A stretch of DNA of 64,000 nt from a virus, in the IMG/VR virus record IMGVR_UViG_3300042991_000201, positions 9,764 through 73,763 of that record; one strand, given 5' to 3'. This document shows positions 48,764 to 59,097 of the stretch, piece after piece. Numbering within the stretch: the stretch's first letter is position 1; every line of letters starts with the position of its first letter. Below the pieces are notes generated by a model. That model worked only from the letters and a program-made list of their open reading frames with translations. It was not told the DNA's origin and did not search any database. A program made the position numbers and the translations under genes.

Positions 48764-48829
48764 ATGGCACACATGATGGAAGAGAATGCCACAATGTTTT
48801 CAACACAGGAATTCCTGATGGCGGCATAG
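48764..48829 (+). CDS. 21-aa minigene with its own promoter and terminator
   Basis: TAGACT-17-TATAAT (48701-48729), GGAGG, MAHMMEENATMFSTQEFLMAA, hairpin 48847-48868. Confidence 0.5.
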   Translation: MAHMMEENATMFSTQEFLMAA

Positions 48830-48928
48830 AGTATTACGAGTTTAATAGGCTCTCCATACGGGGAGCCTTAATATATAGCAATTAGAAGCTCTTTATTTCC
48901 AATCTATATCTAGGAGGACTCCACAAAT

Positions 48929-50350
48929 ATGCAGAAGATTAAGGTGGATATGTCTATTGAGCGAAAATTCATTACCCTTTTCGTGATGAATGATGAATTT
49001 ATACAAAAGATGTATCCAATAGTCAATCCCTCCAATCTCTCCACTCAGTATGCAAAAGAGGTTGCGACATGGTGTGCTGAATTTTATGCTTCGTATCAGA
49101 AAGCTCCCGGTGCCGCCATACAGGACATATTCATCTCCAAGCGTGAATATCTTCAGGACGATGACACTATCAAATCCATAGGGGAATTCCTTTCTAAAGC
49201 TCTTGCAGAGTATGATCCCGCTGATTATAGTAATTTGCATTATTACATTGATGCTTCTGAAAAACACCTGAGACGAAATAGTATCAATGACATGACCGAG
49301 AAATTGACAGGATATCTTACTGTAGGTGATGTGGATAAGTGTGAACAGCTCATTGCCAATTACACTCGTATCGCTATTCCTGCAACTCAAGGTGTGTCTA
49401 TCATAAGCGACACCCAATCTATCAAAGAGGCTTTCTTGAATGAACAGGAAGTGGCTTTCAGATTCCCCGGCGATCTTGGAATAGTAATAGGAAACGTGTA
49501 TCGGGGTGATCTGGTTGGTTGGGTAGCCCCGTTCAAAGCGGGTAAGACTTGGGCTTTGCTATATTCTGCGGAACAGGCCATGCTCAGTGGAAGGCGAGTC
49601 CTCGTGGTGTCACTAGAAATGCGTATGGATCAGCTCCTTAAACGTGCTTGGCAAGCTATAACGGCTTCTCCTACAAAGTCTGGGGTATATCAAATTCCAT
49701 ACTTCTATAAAGAAGAGTCTGTGGAAACAGATGGTGAATACACCGTAGCTATGAAGGATGTGAGAAAAGAAGCTGTAGACCTTGAAGGCATTGAAGGTAT
49801 CCAGAAGCGTATTAGACTTACAAGTCGTGGTGGGGATATTCGTTTTATGTGTATGCCGAGTAAAGTTACAACGGTAGCTAGTATAGAGGCTGTACTTGAC
49901 AACCTTATGTATTATGAAAATTATGCGGCAGACGTAGTGGTACTTGACTATGCTGATATCCTTGGGGCGGCTAAAGGATTCAAGGGTGGGGAGTATCGTC
50001 ATCTTATGGATGATATCTGGTCGAATCTACGCCGTGTGGCACAGGAAAGGAATATATCCATTCTGACAGCATCTCAGGTGAATCGAGCTGGTATCGAGCA
50101 AGAAGAATTGTCCTCAGCTAACCTTGCAGAAGATATTCGTAAGGCCGGACACGTATCCAAATTGATTGGGCTCTCAAGACCCAAGGCATACGTCAAAAAG
50201 AATATGGCAAGAGTTAGTATGCTCTTTGAACGTGATGAACCTGAGACGTTTGAACCGGCTGTGATACTTCAGCAATATGCTTTTGGACGTTTCTGTATTG
50301 ATAGTAAATTCGCATCAAAGATTGACATGGATGAGGTGACAAATGAATAA
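48929..50350 (+). CDS. replicative DnaB-like helicase
   Basis: APFKAGKT, SLEM, VVLDYADI and TASQVNR motifs. Confidence 0.9.
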   Translation: MQKIKVDMSIERKFITLFVMNDEFIQKMYPIVNPSNLSTQYAKEVATWCAEFYASYQKAPGAAIQDIFISKREYLQDDDTIKSIGEFLSKALAEYDPADYSNLHYYIDASEKHLRRNSINDMTEKLTGYLTVGDVDKCEQLIANYTRIAIPATQGVSIISDTQSIKEAFLNEQEVAFRFPGDLGIVIGNVYRGDLVGWVAPFKAGKTWALLYSAEQAMLSGRRVLVVSLEMRMDQLLKRAWQAITASPTKSGVYQIPYFYKEESVETDGEYTVAMKDVRKEAVDLEGIEGIQKRIRLTSRGGDIRFMCMPSKVTTVASIEAVLDNLMYYENYAADVVVLDYADILGAAKGFKGGEYRHLMDDIWSNLRRVAQERNISILTASQVNRAGIEQEELSSANLAEDIRKAGHVSKLIGLSRPKAYVKKNMARVSMLFERDEPETFEPAVILQQYAFGRFCIDSKFASKIDMDEVTNE

Positions 50351-51293
50351 TGCAGAATTGCTTTCAATCCTTTCAGGTATTGCCTCCCCTACTTGTGACA
50401 TTCATTTCATAGGGCAGAAAATATATGCTTTAGGGGCTTCCATGACTTTTTGTTTACCCAATCCTTTTCCTGAAATAGACGGAATGGCTTTCAAGTCTCT
50501 CGACATTGTGAACGCACTCAAAAAGTTTCCAGAGTGTAAAGCGACCCGTAAAGAAGAAACAGTAGTATTTTCTTATAAACGCTCCAAGTTGACTCTTGTG
50601 TCTCTTGCATCCAAGTACAGTCCTATTTTATTCCAGACGGAAAAGACGCCTCTTACCGTACCAGCATCGTTCCGTACAGGGTTGGAAATCTGTTATACTT
50701 CAGGTAATCGCTCCCCCTATTCTGGTGTGTATGTAGACGACACAAGGATGATAGCAACCGATGGACAACGTATGTCTTTTTATGATCTTGACACACCTAT
50801 GGAGACTTTCTGGATCAATGATTCTTGTGTCAAGACGCTCTTGAAGTATTCTTTTACAGAACACGTTATGCTCCCTGAATATATACTATTCTACACTAAA
50901 GAATTCACGATAGCTGTCAAGAGACTCCGAGACACTATATATCCTGTATCTAAATTGGAAGCTGTATATAAGACGATGGTCGAATCAGGTACGTTCAATA
51001 TCCCCAAGGGATTTACAGAGGCCGTAGAGAAGGCGGCATCCATGGGTGTGGAGGATGGAATTTGCAAGATATTCTTGACTTTTGAATCTGATTACAGTAT
51101 CATTACTGGAGACAAGAGAACGGGAACATACGAAGAAGAAATTGAAGGCGCGGCTATATCGGGAAAATTCATTGGTCTATATAAGCATCTTTCCAGCATA
51201 GCAGATGGAGATGAGGCTGGTCTTTGTGGGGGATACCTTTTTGTGCGGAGACAAGACAGTCTCGTATGTATGGCAGGCTTGCGGGAGGAATAG
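50343..51293 (+). CDS. DNA polymerase sliding clamp (beta-like)
   Basis: SGVY....MIATDGQRM and YP motifs. Confidence 0.7.
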   Translation: MNNAELLSILSGIASPTCDIHFIGQKIYALGASMTFCLPNPFPEIDGMAFKSLDIVNALKKFPECKATRKEETVVFSYKRSKLTLVSLASKYSPILFQTEKTPLTVPASFRTGLEICYTSGNRSPYSGVYVDDTRMIATDGQRMSFYDLDTPMETFWINDSCVKTLLKYSFTEHVMLPEYILFYTKEFTIAVKRLRDTIYPVSKLEAVYKTMVESGTFNIPKGFTEAVEKAASMGVEDGICKIFLTFESDYSIITGDKRTGTYEEEIEGAAISGKFIGLYKHLSSIADGDEAGLCGGYLFVRRQDSLVCMAGLREE

Positions 51294-51296
51294 AGG

Positions 51297-51530
51297 ATGT
51301 CACGTTCCCATAAGAAAGTATCACGTTGGGGTTTATTCCATGAAAGATTCTACAAGCGTCTCGTTCATACTCGTAACAGGATGCTTGCTAGATGTGGTAT
51401 TTATTTAGAATCTAATCAATACAAACGTACTGTGGATGATTATGATATATGTGATTATGATATATGTGATTATAATGGTGTGGAATGGGACAAAGACAGC
51501 GAGTGGTATGAAAAAGGATTGAGAAAATGA
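51297..51530 (+). CDS. small basic hypothetical protein
   Basis: MSRSHKK...YK....YDICDY; 12-bp tandem duplication at ~51438-51473. Confidence 0.55.
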   Translation: MSRSHKKVSRWGLFHERFYKRLVHTRNRMLARCGIYLESNQYKRTVDDYDICDYDICDYNGVEWDKDSEWYEKGLRK

Positions 51531-52240
51531 AATTGATACATGGAGATTGTTTAGAGAAGATGGAAAACCTTCCTGATGGTAGTGTAGATATGGTTTTGTG
51601 TGACCCTCCTTATGGTTCAACCAAATGTCGTTGGGATACTGTCATTCCCCTTGAACCTATGTGGATAGAGCTTAAAAGGATCATTAAACCTAAAGGTGCT
51701 ATTGTATTAACAGCTAGTCAGCCCTTCACTAGCGCTCTTATTATGAGTAATCCCGATGATTTTAAGTATATTTGGTATTGGAAGAAGCGTCCTGTAAATT
51801 TCCTAAATGCCAAGAAACAGCCTCTAAGAAACATAGAGGATATTCTAGTGTTCAATAGTGGAATATACTATCCACAGGGGCTCATACCTTGTAAGAAAGT
51901 CCATAAACGCTCCAATAGCACTGAGACAGTTGGGGTACATGGCTTAAAGAATATTTCGGAATTTACAAACTATCCTACTCAAATACTTGAAGTTATGGAC
52001 GGAGAACGTGGATTGCATCCAACTCAAAAGCCTGTAGCTCTTTTAGAGTACCTTATAAAGACATACACTTTAGAAGGTGAGACAGTTTTGGATTTTACTA
52101 TGGGTAGTGGTAGTACGGGGGTAGCCGCGCTAAATACAGGGAGAGATTTCATAGGAATAGAGTTAGATGACAAGTATTTTGACGTAGCAATGGATAGAAT
52201 ATCAGACGTAAAGATGGATTTGAAGTCTAAGGAGTTGTGA
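51527..52240 (+). CDS. N6A/N4C DNA methyltransferase, beta class (copy 1)
   Basis: DPPY, HPTQKP and DFTMGSG motifs. Confidence 0.92.
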   Translation: MKLIHGDCLEKMENLPDGSVDMVLCDPPYGSTKCRWDTVIPLEPMWIELKRIIKPKGAIVLTASQPFTSALIMSNPDDFKYIWYWKKRPVNFLNAKKQPLRNIEDILVFNSGIYYPQGLIPCKKVHKRSNSTETVGVHGLKNISEFTNYPTQILEVMDGERGLHPTQKPVALLEYLIKTYTLEGETVLDFTMGSGSTGVAALNTGRDFIGIELDDKYFDVAMDRISDVKMDLKSKEL

Positions 52241-52244
52241 CATA

Positions 52245-54848
52245 ATGGCATGGAAATTCCAAACTGACATATTCGCAGATGATGCTCCTATCGTCCGTGG
52301 GGATGAAGAAATGTCGCACCAGAGCGACAAACATCCAAAGGCACTCTCTTGTGGTGATTGCCCTCTCAATCTCTCTTGTAAATCTCCAAAGCTCTCCTTT
52401 ATAGGAGAAGGTGCCAAAGGTGTCCTCATCCTTGGTTCACATCCTTCCAAAGATGAAGATATGGCGGGAGAACTTGGACACGGTAAAGCATACGAATTCT
52501 TATCTGATACACTCAAAAGTGATGGCATAGATATACTTAAAGATTGTTATTATATGACAGCCGTATCCTGTCGTACCCCAAAAGAACGAGAGCCCACTCT
52601 CCGTGAAGTACAGTGTTGTTCCTCTCGTGTCCAAAGGGTTATAGCAAAATTGAACCCGAAATCCATCATCTTGCTTGGTCAGGGTGCTTTCAACTCCATC
52701 ATATATCCTAAACTCACTGGACGTATTGGCGGCACAGGATGGGAGAAATTCTGTGGGGATGTTATTCCAGATCAGGAATATGAAAAGTATCTTATCCCCA
52801 CTTGGGACTCTCGACACTTCCTTGAGAAGAAAAAGTACGATGATGGTAGTGAAGGAAAGCCTCTCTTTGAACAGGACAAGGCTTGGTATAATCTCTGGCG
52901 TAAACACATTCTGTCTGCCTTTAATTGTGGAAGAGTAGTCAAGAATAATTATGCACATGATTGCTTCACAACGACAAAAATAGAACAGGCTATAGCGTGG
53001 ATACTTGATGCTATGGATTGGAAATTTGTCTCGTTTGACTATGAGACGAATAGTATTAAGAGTCAGCGTAAAGGGGCAAAGATACTTGCTATATCTATAA
53101 GCAATGGGCTGTTCTCTTTTGCTTTCCCTGTGTTTGAGGATGAAGCATTTCGTAAGGTATTAAAGAAACTATTAACCTCGAAGATAAAGAAGATCGCACA
53201 TAACGCTTCCTTTGAGTGGGCATGGACTTATAGTATTCTAGGGTATTACCCATCCAATCTCCATTGGGATACTATGCTTGGTCAGCACTGCCTAGCGAAT
53301 ACAAAGCCTACAGGATTGAAGTATTGTACCTATGTATCGTGTGGAGATATTGGTTATGACGATGCCGTGGATCAATACATTAAATCAGATGAAAGGGAAT
53401 CTGATATTCATGGCAGTAATGCGTTTAACAAGCTGGATCAAGCCCCTATAGCTTCTATGTTGGAATATAATGCTCTTGACTCTCTCTATACGGCAAAGAT
53501 ATATGAACAACAGAAAGCCCGGATGATTGATATGCAGATGGCTGGATTCCAGTTATTCTTGGATTCGACTCTTTCTTTTGTCAAGATGCACAATACTGGC
53601 GTCCATATTAACATGGAGAAATTCGGGGAAGTCAAAGCAGAGTTGGAAGCTAAATTGACAGAAGCAGACAGAGTTATTATGGAGTCCTCTGAAGTAGCTC
53701 AGTGGGATGGAACTACTTTTAACCATAAATCCTCTACACAGTTAGCACATCTACTTTTTGACATCCTCAAGGTAAAGTCTGTAGTCCTTACGGCAAGTGG
53801 AAAACCGGCAGTAGACAAGGATACTCTTCCAAAATTACAGCATCCTCTAGTCCCTAAGATTCTCGCATATAGGGAGTTGGACAAGATGCTTGGAACGTAT
53901 GTAGGACAATATAGTCGAGAGATTGTGAATGGGAAAATTCATAGCTTTACAAATCTCAATAGAGTAGAAACTTTTAGAACAAGTATGGACTCCGTAAACT
54001 GGCAGAATCAGATAAAGCGCAATAAAGAGGCCAAAAAGTATTTACGTTCCTATGTACAACCTTCTCTCGGAAATCGAATTATTGAATGTGACCACTCACA
54101 ATTGGAGGTCAGACTAAATTGTTGTTATTCTGGTGACAAGAATTTAATTAAGTTTATAGAGCAGGGGTTAGATATGCACACCCTCACTACACAAGAGACG
54201 TTTCTATTGACACCAGAACAGATGAAGAAGGAGTATCGAGATAAAATAAAGGGTAGCTTTGTCTTTGCATCATTTTATGGATCAGTATACTTCCAGATTG
54301 CAAAAGATTTGTGGGAATTTGTATGTAGCAACGAATTGCGGGAACACCTTGCCTCCAAGGGGATAAAGACATACCTTCAATTTGAAGAGCAGGTAAAAGA
54401 AGCAGAAAGGATTCTATGGGAAGAGCGATTCCCACAACATGCTGAATGGCGTAAGAATATGTGGAAATTCTATCAGAAACATGGATACATAGAATCGTAC
54501 ACGGGATTCAAGATTTATGGCCCTATGCGTAGGAACAATTCATTTAATAGTAACGTACAAGGGAGTGCGGCACACGTTCTGCTCACAGGCATAAACTATC
54601 TCCAAGAACAGATGGAGAAGAAAATGCCACAGAGTCGTTTACTATTCCAAATACATGATGCTCTTGTGGGTAACGTTGCACCTGAAGAAGAAGATCGTTA
54701 TGATTATATGGTTTGGTATTTCTGTACTCAGAAGGTAAGAGAAGTGTATCCTTGGATCAATGTGCCTCTTGTTATGGAAAAAGAACGGTCTGAAATAAAT
54801 GGAGTCTGGAGTGAGATGACTTCATGCGGCAAATTACAGTTTGAATAG
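52245..54848 (+). CDS. family A DNA polymerase with N-terminal family-4 UDG-like domain and 3'-5' exonuclease
   Basis: CGDCPL/CRTP UDG-like Cys; FDYET, AHNASF and YNALD exonuclease motifs; DHSQLE, R...K...F...YG and QIHD polymerase motifs. Confidence 0.92.
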   Translation: MAWKFQTDIFADDAPIVRGDEEMSHQSDKHPKALSCGDCPLNLSCKSPKLSFIGEGAKGVLILGSHPSKDEDMAGELGHGKAYEFLSDTLKSDGIDILKDCYYMTAVSCRTPKEREPTLREVQCCSSRVQRVIAKLNPKSIILLGQGAFNSIIYPKLTGRIGGTGWEKFCGDVIPDQEYEKYLIPTWDSRHFLEKKKYDDGSEGKPLFEQDKAWYNLWRKHILSAFNCGRVVKNNYAHDCFTTTKIEQAIAWILDAMDWKFVSFDYETNSIKSQRKGAKILAISISNGLFSFAFPVFEDEAFRKVLKKLLTSKIKKIAHNASFEWAWTYSILGYYPSNLHWDTMLGQHCLANTKPTGLKYCTYVSCGDIGYDDAVDQYIKSDERESDIHGSNAFNKLDQAPIASMLEYNALDSLYTAKIYEQQKARMIDMQMAGFQLFLDSTLSFVKMHNTGVHINMEKFGEVKAELEAKLTEADRVIMESSEVAQWDGTTFNHKSSTQLAHLLFDILKVKSVVLTASGKPAVDKDTLPKLQHPLVPKILAYRELDKMLGTYVGQYSREIVNGKIHSFTNLNRVETFRTSMDSVNWQNQIKRNKEAKKYLRSYVQPSLGNRIIECDHSQLEVRLNCCYSGDKNLIKFIEQGLDMHTLTTQETFLLTPEQMKKEYRDKIKGSFVFASFYGSVYFQIAKDLWEFVCSNELREHLASKGIKTYLQFEEQVKEAERILWEERFPQHAEWRKNMWKFYQKHGYIESYTGFKIYGPMRRNNSFNSNVQGSAAHVLLTGINYLQEQMEKKMPQSRLLFQIHDALVGNVAPEEEDRYDYMVWYFCTQKVREVYPWINVPLVMEKERSEINGVWSEMTSCGKLQFE

Positions 54849-54857
54849 GAGTATAAT

Positions 54858-55610
54858 ATGAAATTGATACATGGAGATTGTCTCATAGAGATGAAGTCAA
54901 TACCAGACAAGTCAATAGACTTGATTTTAGCAGACCCTCCTTATGGTTCAACCAAATGTCGTTGGGATACTGTCATTCCCCTTGAACCTATGTGGATAGA
55001 GCTTAAAAGGATCATTAAAGATCGGGGCGCTATTGTGATATTTGGTAGTGAACCATTCAGCTCTCTTTTGCGGGTAAGCAATCTATCCATGTATAAATAT
55101 GACTGGACATGGGATAAAGTTACAGCTAGAGGACATCTTGTAGCGAAGAAGCGTCCCATGCAACAGACAGAATGTATATCTGTTTTTGGAGGTTTGAATT
55201 ACTATCCTCAGATGGTGAAGCGTCCTACTGATAAAATTGAAATTAGAAAGACAACAGAGTATGCCAGAACAGACATAATGGGAGGGACAAAAGGAAATGT
55301 ACCTGTAGATAAAGTATACGACGAATGGTATCCTAAAACCATAATTGTGCATAGCAATGCCGGAAGCTCTGTTAAATCAATACACCCAACTCAAAAGCCT
55401 GTAGCTCTTTTAGAGTATCTAATAAAGACATATACTCTGGAAGGAGAGACAGTTTTAGACTTTACTATGGGGTCAGGTTCTTGTGCTGTCGCGGCCTTAA
55501 ATACAGGAAGGGATTTTATAGGAATAGAGTTAGATGACAAGTATTTTGACATAGCAGTAGATCGTATCGCAGACGCAAAGATGGCTCTTCATGTTTACAC
55601 AACCTCTTAA
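54858..55610 (+). CDS. N6A/N4C DNA methyltransferase, beta class (copy 2)
   Basis: DPPY, HPTQKP and DFTMGSG motifs. Confidence 0.92.
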   Translation: MKLIHGDCLIEMKSIPDKSIDLILADPPYGSTKCRWDTVIPLEPMWIELKRIIKDRGAIVIFGSEPFSSLLRVSNLSMYKYDWTWDKVTARGHLVAKKRPMQQTECISVFGGLNYYPQMVKRPTDKIEIRKTTEYARTDIMGGTKGNVPVDKVYDEWYPKTIIVHSNAGSSVKSIHPTQKPVALLEYLIKTYTLEGETVLDFTMGSGSCAVAALNTGRDFIGIELDDKYFDIAVDRIADAKMALHVYTTS

Positions 55611-56034
55611 TTTAATCGGAGCCCCATTCAAATGGAAATTCAATCCAACTATTTATGGTGTATGGTTCACCCATAAGAATAAGTGGCACCTTTACGATCA
55701 TAGCCAGATATACAAATACACCCTTCGTACTGGCAATAAGACCAATGGGGGTCGTGATAACGTATTCATTCTGAAAGTTGCTCATTATACTCACTGTGGG
55801 ATACAAATTTCACGTAAAGCATTGATACGAACAAAATTTAATCTATTTTGTTTGTACCCTATTTACAAACGAGGGCGTTTTCCGATACCATTGTGTCCAA
55901 TATGCTATGCAAAAGTAATACAGCGACTTAAAGACGATGGATTCTATAAGTCACAATGCGATAAAGAAAGGAGTAAACTGAGACGTAGGAAGATCAGACT
56001 CAAGGACGAATCAGCAATCACAGATCAGGAATAA
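55591..56034 (+). CDS. hypothetical basic protein
   Basis: ORF; CPIC motif. Confidence 0.4.
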   Translation: MFTQPLNLIGAPFKWKFNPTIYGVWFTHKNKWHLYDHSQIYKYTLRTGNKTNGGRDNVFILKVAHYTHCGIQISRKALIRTKFNLFCLYPIYKRGRFPIPLCPICYAKVIQRLKDDGFYKSQCDKERSKLRRRKIRLKDESAITDQE

Positions 56035-56043
56035 GGAGACTAC

Positions 56044-58395
56044 ATGAAAGAATTTCGACTTACTGATGATTTTTTGACTCCATACAAGTTCAAGATTCCA
56101 GCTTGGGGGCCGATGGGGGAATTTGTATATCTTAGAACTTATTCTCGTAAAATAGAAGGCGAGAATAGGAATGAGCAATGGTGGGAAACAGTACGACGTG
56201 TAGTGGAAGGTACTTATACTATACAAAAAGAGCATTGTGATAATCTTCGCCTTGCTTGGAATAGTGGTAAGGCACATAAGTCAGCAGAGAAAATGTTTGA
56301 CAAGATATTCAACTTCAAGTTTCTCCCTCCCGGTCGTGGACTGTGGATGATGGGCACAGATTTCGTAAAGCAGAAGGGAAGTGCCGCTCTAAATAACTGT
56401 GCATTTATATCTTCTATAGATATAGATACTCGGGGTTCTTTTATGTTCACTTGGACTATGGATGCACTTATGCTTGGTGTTGGTGTAGGGTTTGACACGA
56501 AGGGAGCGGATAAGATACTGATTAAGGCTACAAAGCCAGAGAGTGAATTTATTATCCAAGATACTCGTGAATCTTGGGTAGAAAGTCTTGGATTTTTACT
56601 TGATGCTTACTTTAAGGGTGGATCATTCCCATCTTTTGATTACTCTCTTATTCGTCCTTACGGCACTCCTATCAAGGGATTTGGTGGGGTCGCTAGTGGG
56701 CCTGATCCTCTCAAGAAAATGCATGAAAATATAAACACCCTTTTGCTTAGTAGAGTTGGTTCTAAGCTACATTCCACTGACATTGTAGACATTATCAATA
56801 TGATATCTGTGTGTGTTATAGCCGGGAATGTTAGAAGATCAGCTTGTTTAGGGGTTGGAGAGCATACTGACAAAGCATACGTTACTATGAAGGACTACAA
56901 TCTGCACCCCACAGAAGTACAATCTCATAGATGGGCTTCCAATAATAGCGTATTTGCTGAAGTAGGTAAAACAGATTACTCTTCATTTGCAGATTCAATA
57001 GCTCTCAATGGAGAACCGGGAATTATATGGTTGGAAAACATTCGCAAGTATAGTCGCACCAAAGATGCCCCAGATTGGAAAGATCAAGATGCTGTAGGTG
57101 TAAATCCTTGTCAACCGGCTTGGGCTAAGGTACTTACTCCAGAAGGCATTAGAGAATTTAAGGACATATCTATAGGTAGTAAAATTTGGTCAAAAGAAGG
57201 TTGGACTACAGTTGTCAATAAGTGGCATACTGGTGTGAAACCAGTATACAGATACACTACAAAACACGGAGGTATCTTTGAGGGAACATCTAATCATAGG
57301 ATTGTTCAATCTGGTGAAAAAATAGAAGTTAAATTTGCAGAATCTATAGATGTATTCCCTCATGCTTTACTTGGTGGTTGCATGACTACACTTACTACTC
57401 CCAGCCCACTTATAAAAATGGAGCTAGTAAGTGAAGAAGATGTCTATGATATTACTGTAGATAATGACAGTCACACGTACTGGACAAATGGATGTGATGT
57501 GTCGAATTGTGGGGAACAGACTTTGGAGAATGCGGAATTGTGTTGTCTAGTAGAGACATTTCCTTCTCTACATGATTCGTATGATGAATATAGCGAAACG
57601 CTCAAGTATGCGTATCTCTATGCTAAGACGGTCACGCTTCTTGCTACTCATTGGCCTGAGACTAATGCCATTCTTTTGAAGAATCGTCGTATAGGTCTTT
57701 CGCAGTCAGGTATTCAGGATGCCTTTGTAAAGCATGGAAGGCGTACTATGCTTGATTGGTCTGATGAAGGTTATAATTATGTACAGAAGTTAGATCAAAT
57801 ATATTCTAATTGGCTCTGTATTCCTCGTTCTAAGAAAACTACATCTGTTAAGCCCAGTGGTTCTGTAAGTTTGCTTCCGGGAGTTTCACCGGGGATACAT
57901 TATCCTCATGCAGAATACTATATACGGCGTGTTAGGGTATCAAGAGATAGCCCTATAGCTGATATAATGATGAAGGCAGGATATACTGTAGAGGAAGATG
58001 CTTATGGGGATTCTAATACCGTGGTGGTTGTATTCCCTGTGCATGAATTACAGTTTTCAAAGAAGAAGGATACCGTAAGTATATGGGAGCAGGTAAAGAA
58101 CGTAGTTGACTACCAACGTTTTTGGGCAGATAATAACGTATCTGTTACGGTTACATTCAAGCAATCAGAAAAGAACGATATTGTACGAGTACTGGAATGT
58201 TATGAAGATTCACTAAAGGCAATATCATTTCTTCCTATAGCAGAGCATGGCTATAAACAAGCTCCATACGAAGAAGTGAGTAAAGAAGTATATGAAGAGT
58301 TGCATAGTAAATTAACTAGAGCAGACTTCAGTGCTATTACTTCAACGCCTCTTGGTTCTAAGTTCTGTGATGGAGATTCTTGTACACTATTATAA
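56044..58395 (+). CDS. nrdJ: class II (B12-dependent) ribonucleotide reductase, intein-containing
   Basis: YLRTYSR, FLPPGRGLW, ALNNC, GNVRRSA, NPC/GEQ, VKPSGS and C-terminal CDGDSC motifs. Confidence 0.92.
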   Translation: MKEFRLTDDFLTPYKFKIPAWGPMGEFVYLRTYSRKIEGENRNEQWWETVRRVVEGTYTIQKEHCDNLRLAWNSGKAHKSAEKMFDKIFNFKFLPPGRGLWMMGTDFVKQKGSAALNNCAFISSIDIDTRGSFMFTWTMDALMLGVGVGFDTKGADKILIKATKPESEFIIQDTRESWVESLGFLLDAYFKGGSFPSFDYSLIRPYGTPIKGFGGVASGPDPLKKMHENINTLLLSRVGSKLHSTDIVDIINMISVCVIAGNVRRSACLGVGEHTDKAYVTMKDYNLHPTEVQSHRWASNNSVFAEVGKTDYSSFADSIALNGEPGIIWLENIRKYSRTKDAPDWKDQDAVGVNPCQPAWAKVLTPEGIREFKDISIGSKIWSKEGWTTVVNKWHTGVKPVYRYTTKHGGIFEGTSNHRIVQSGEKIEVKFAESIDVFPHALLGGCMTTLTTPSPLIKMELVSEEDVYDITVDNDSHTYWTNGCDVSNCGEQTLENAELCCLVETFPSLHDSYDEYSETLKYAYLYAKTVTLLATHWPETNAILLKNRRIGLSQSGIQDAFVKHGRRTMLDWSDEGYNYVQKLDQIYSNWLCIPRSKKTTSVKPSGSVSLLPGVSPGIHYPHAEYYIRRVRVSRDSPIADIMMKAGYTVEEDAYGDSNTVVVVFPVHELQFSKKKDTVSIWEQVKNVVDYQRFWADNNVSVTVTFKQSEKNDIVRVLECYEDSLKAISFLPIAEHGYKQAPYEEVSKEVYEELHSKLTRADFSAITSTPLGSKFCDGDSCTLL
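57109..57507 (+). mobile_element. mini-intein (133 aa, no endonuclease) in nrdJ
   Basis: GVNP|CQPAWAKVLTPEG...GTSNHRI...VYDITV...DVSN|CGEQ. Confidence 0.9.
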
Positions 58396-59097
58396 GTAGT
58401 GTATGAAAAAGTATACACCCAAGGGAGCATATACGCTCTCTTGAGTGTGCTACATAAGGAGGTTCTTTTATGTTACACTGGCCTAGTACACATACAAATG
58501 ATTACGCTGGCTACACTACAGTTACTGCCGATTATGTTCCAATTCAGAAATCTGTATATATAGAAAATCATATATATAAAAGACGCAATAGACAAGCTAG
58601 TCTTGCCAAGCGAAAGGGGGCAGAAGCACGCCGTTGTGCGGTTATGCGTTCTGTTCGACTTTCCACTTTTGATATGGTGTTGCCCTGCTAAAAGGTCAAA
58701 GGCTAAATTCCCAGCACCAATGAAATTATATAATGCCTATCCACCCTGCGATAGGCATTATTTATAAAAAAGATGTATGGAATTGCCTTTTTGTACTTGC
58801 CAAAGCCATGAAAAAGAGTTATAGTATAGTACATAGATTATGTGTAAGGGGTTTATGCACAGAGGAGTTTGTAGAATAAGAGGAGGGTGAAAAATGACAC
58901 AATTCTATTGGGCAGAACCCGAAAATCATATCGATCCACTTTGGATAGATGAACAGGATGAAGAGGAGATTGAAGAAGAATTTTGGAAGTGTGAAAAAGA
59001 TGAGTAAATCTCCACAGTGTAAGGATTGTATAGTAGGCAAGACATATCCTTGGCTTTGTGAAATGTGCCGTTATGGGAAGCATAAGAAGGAGGACAA

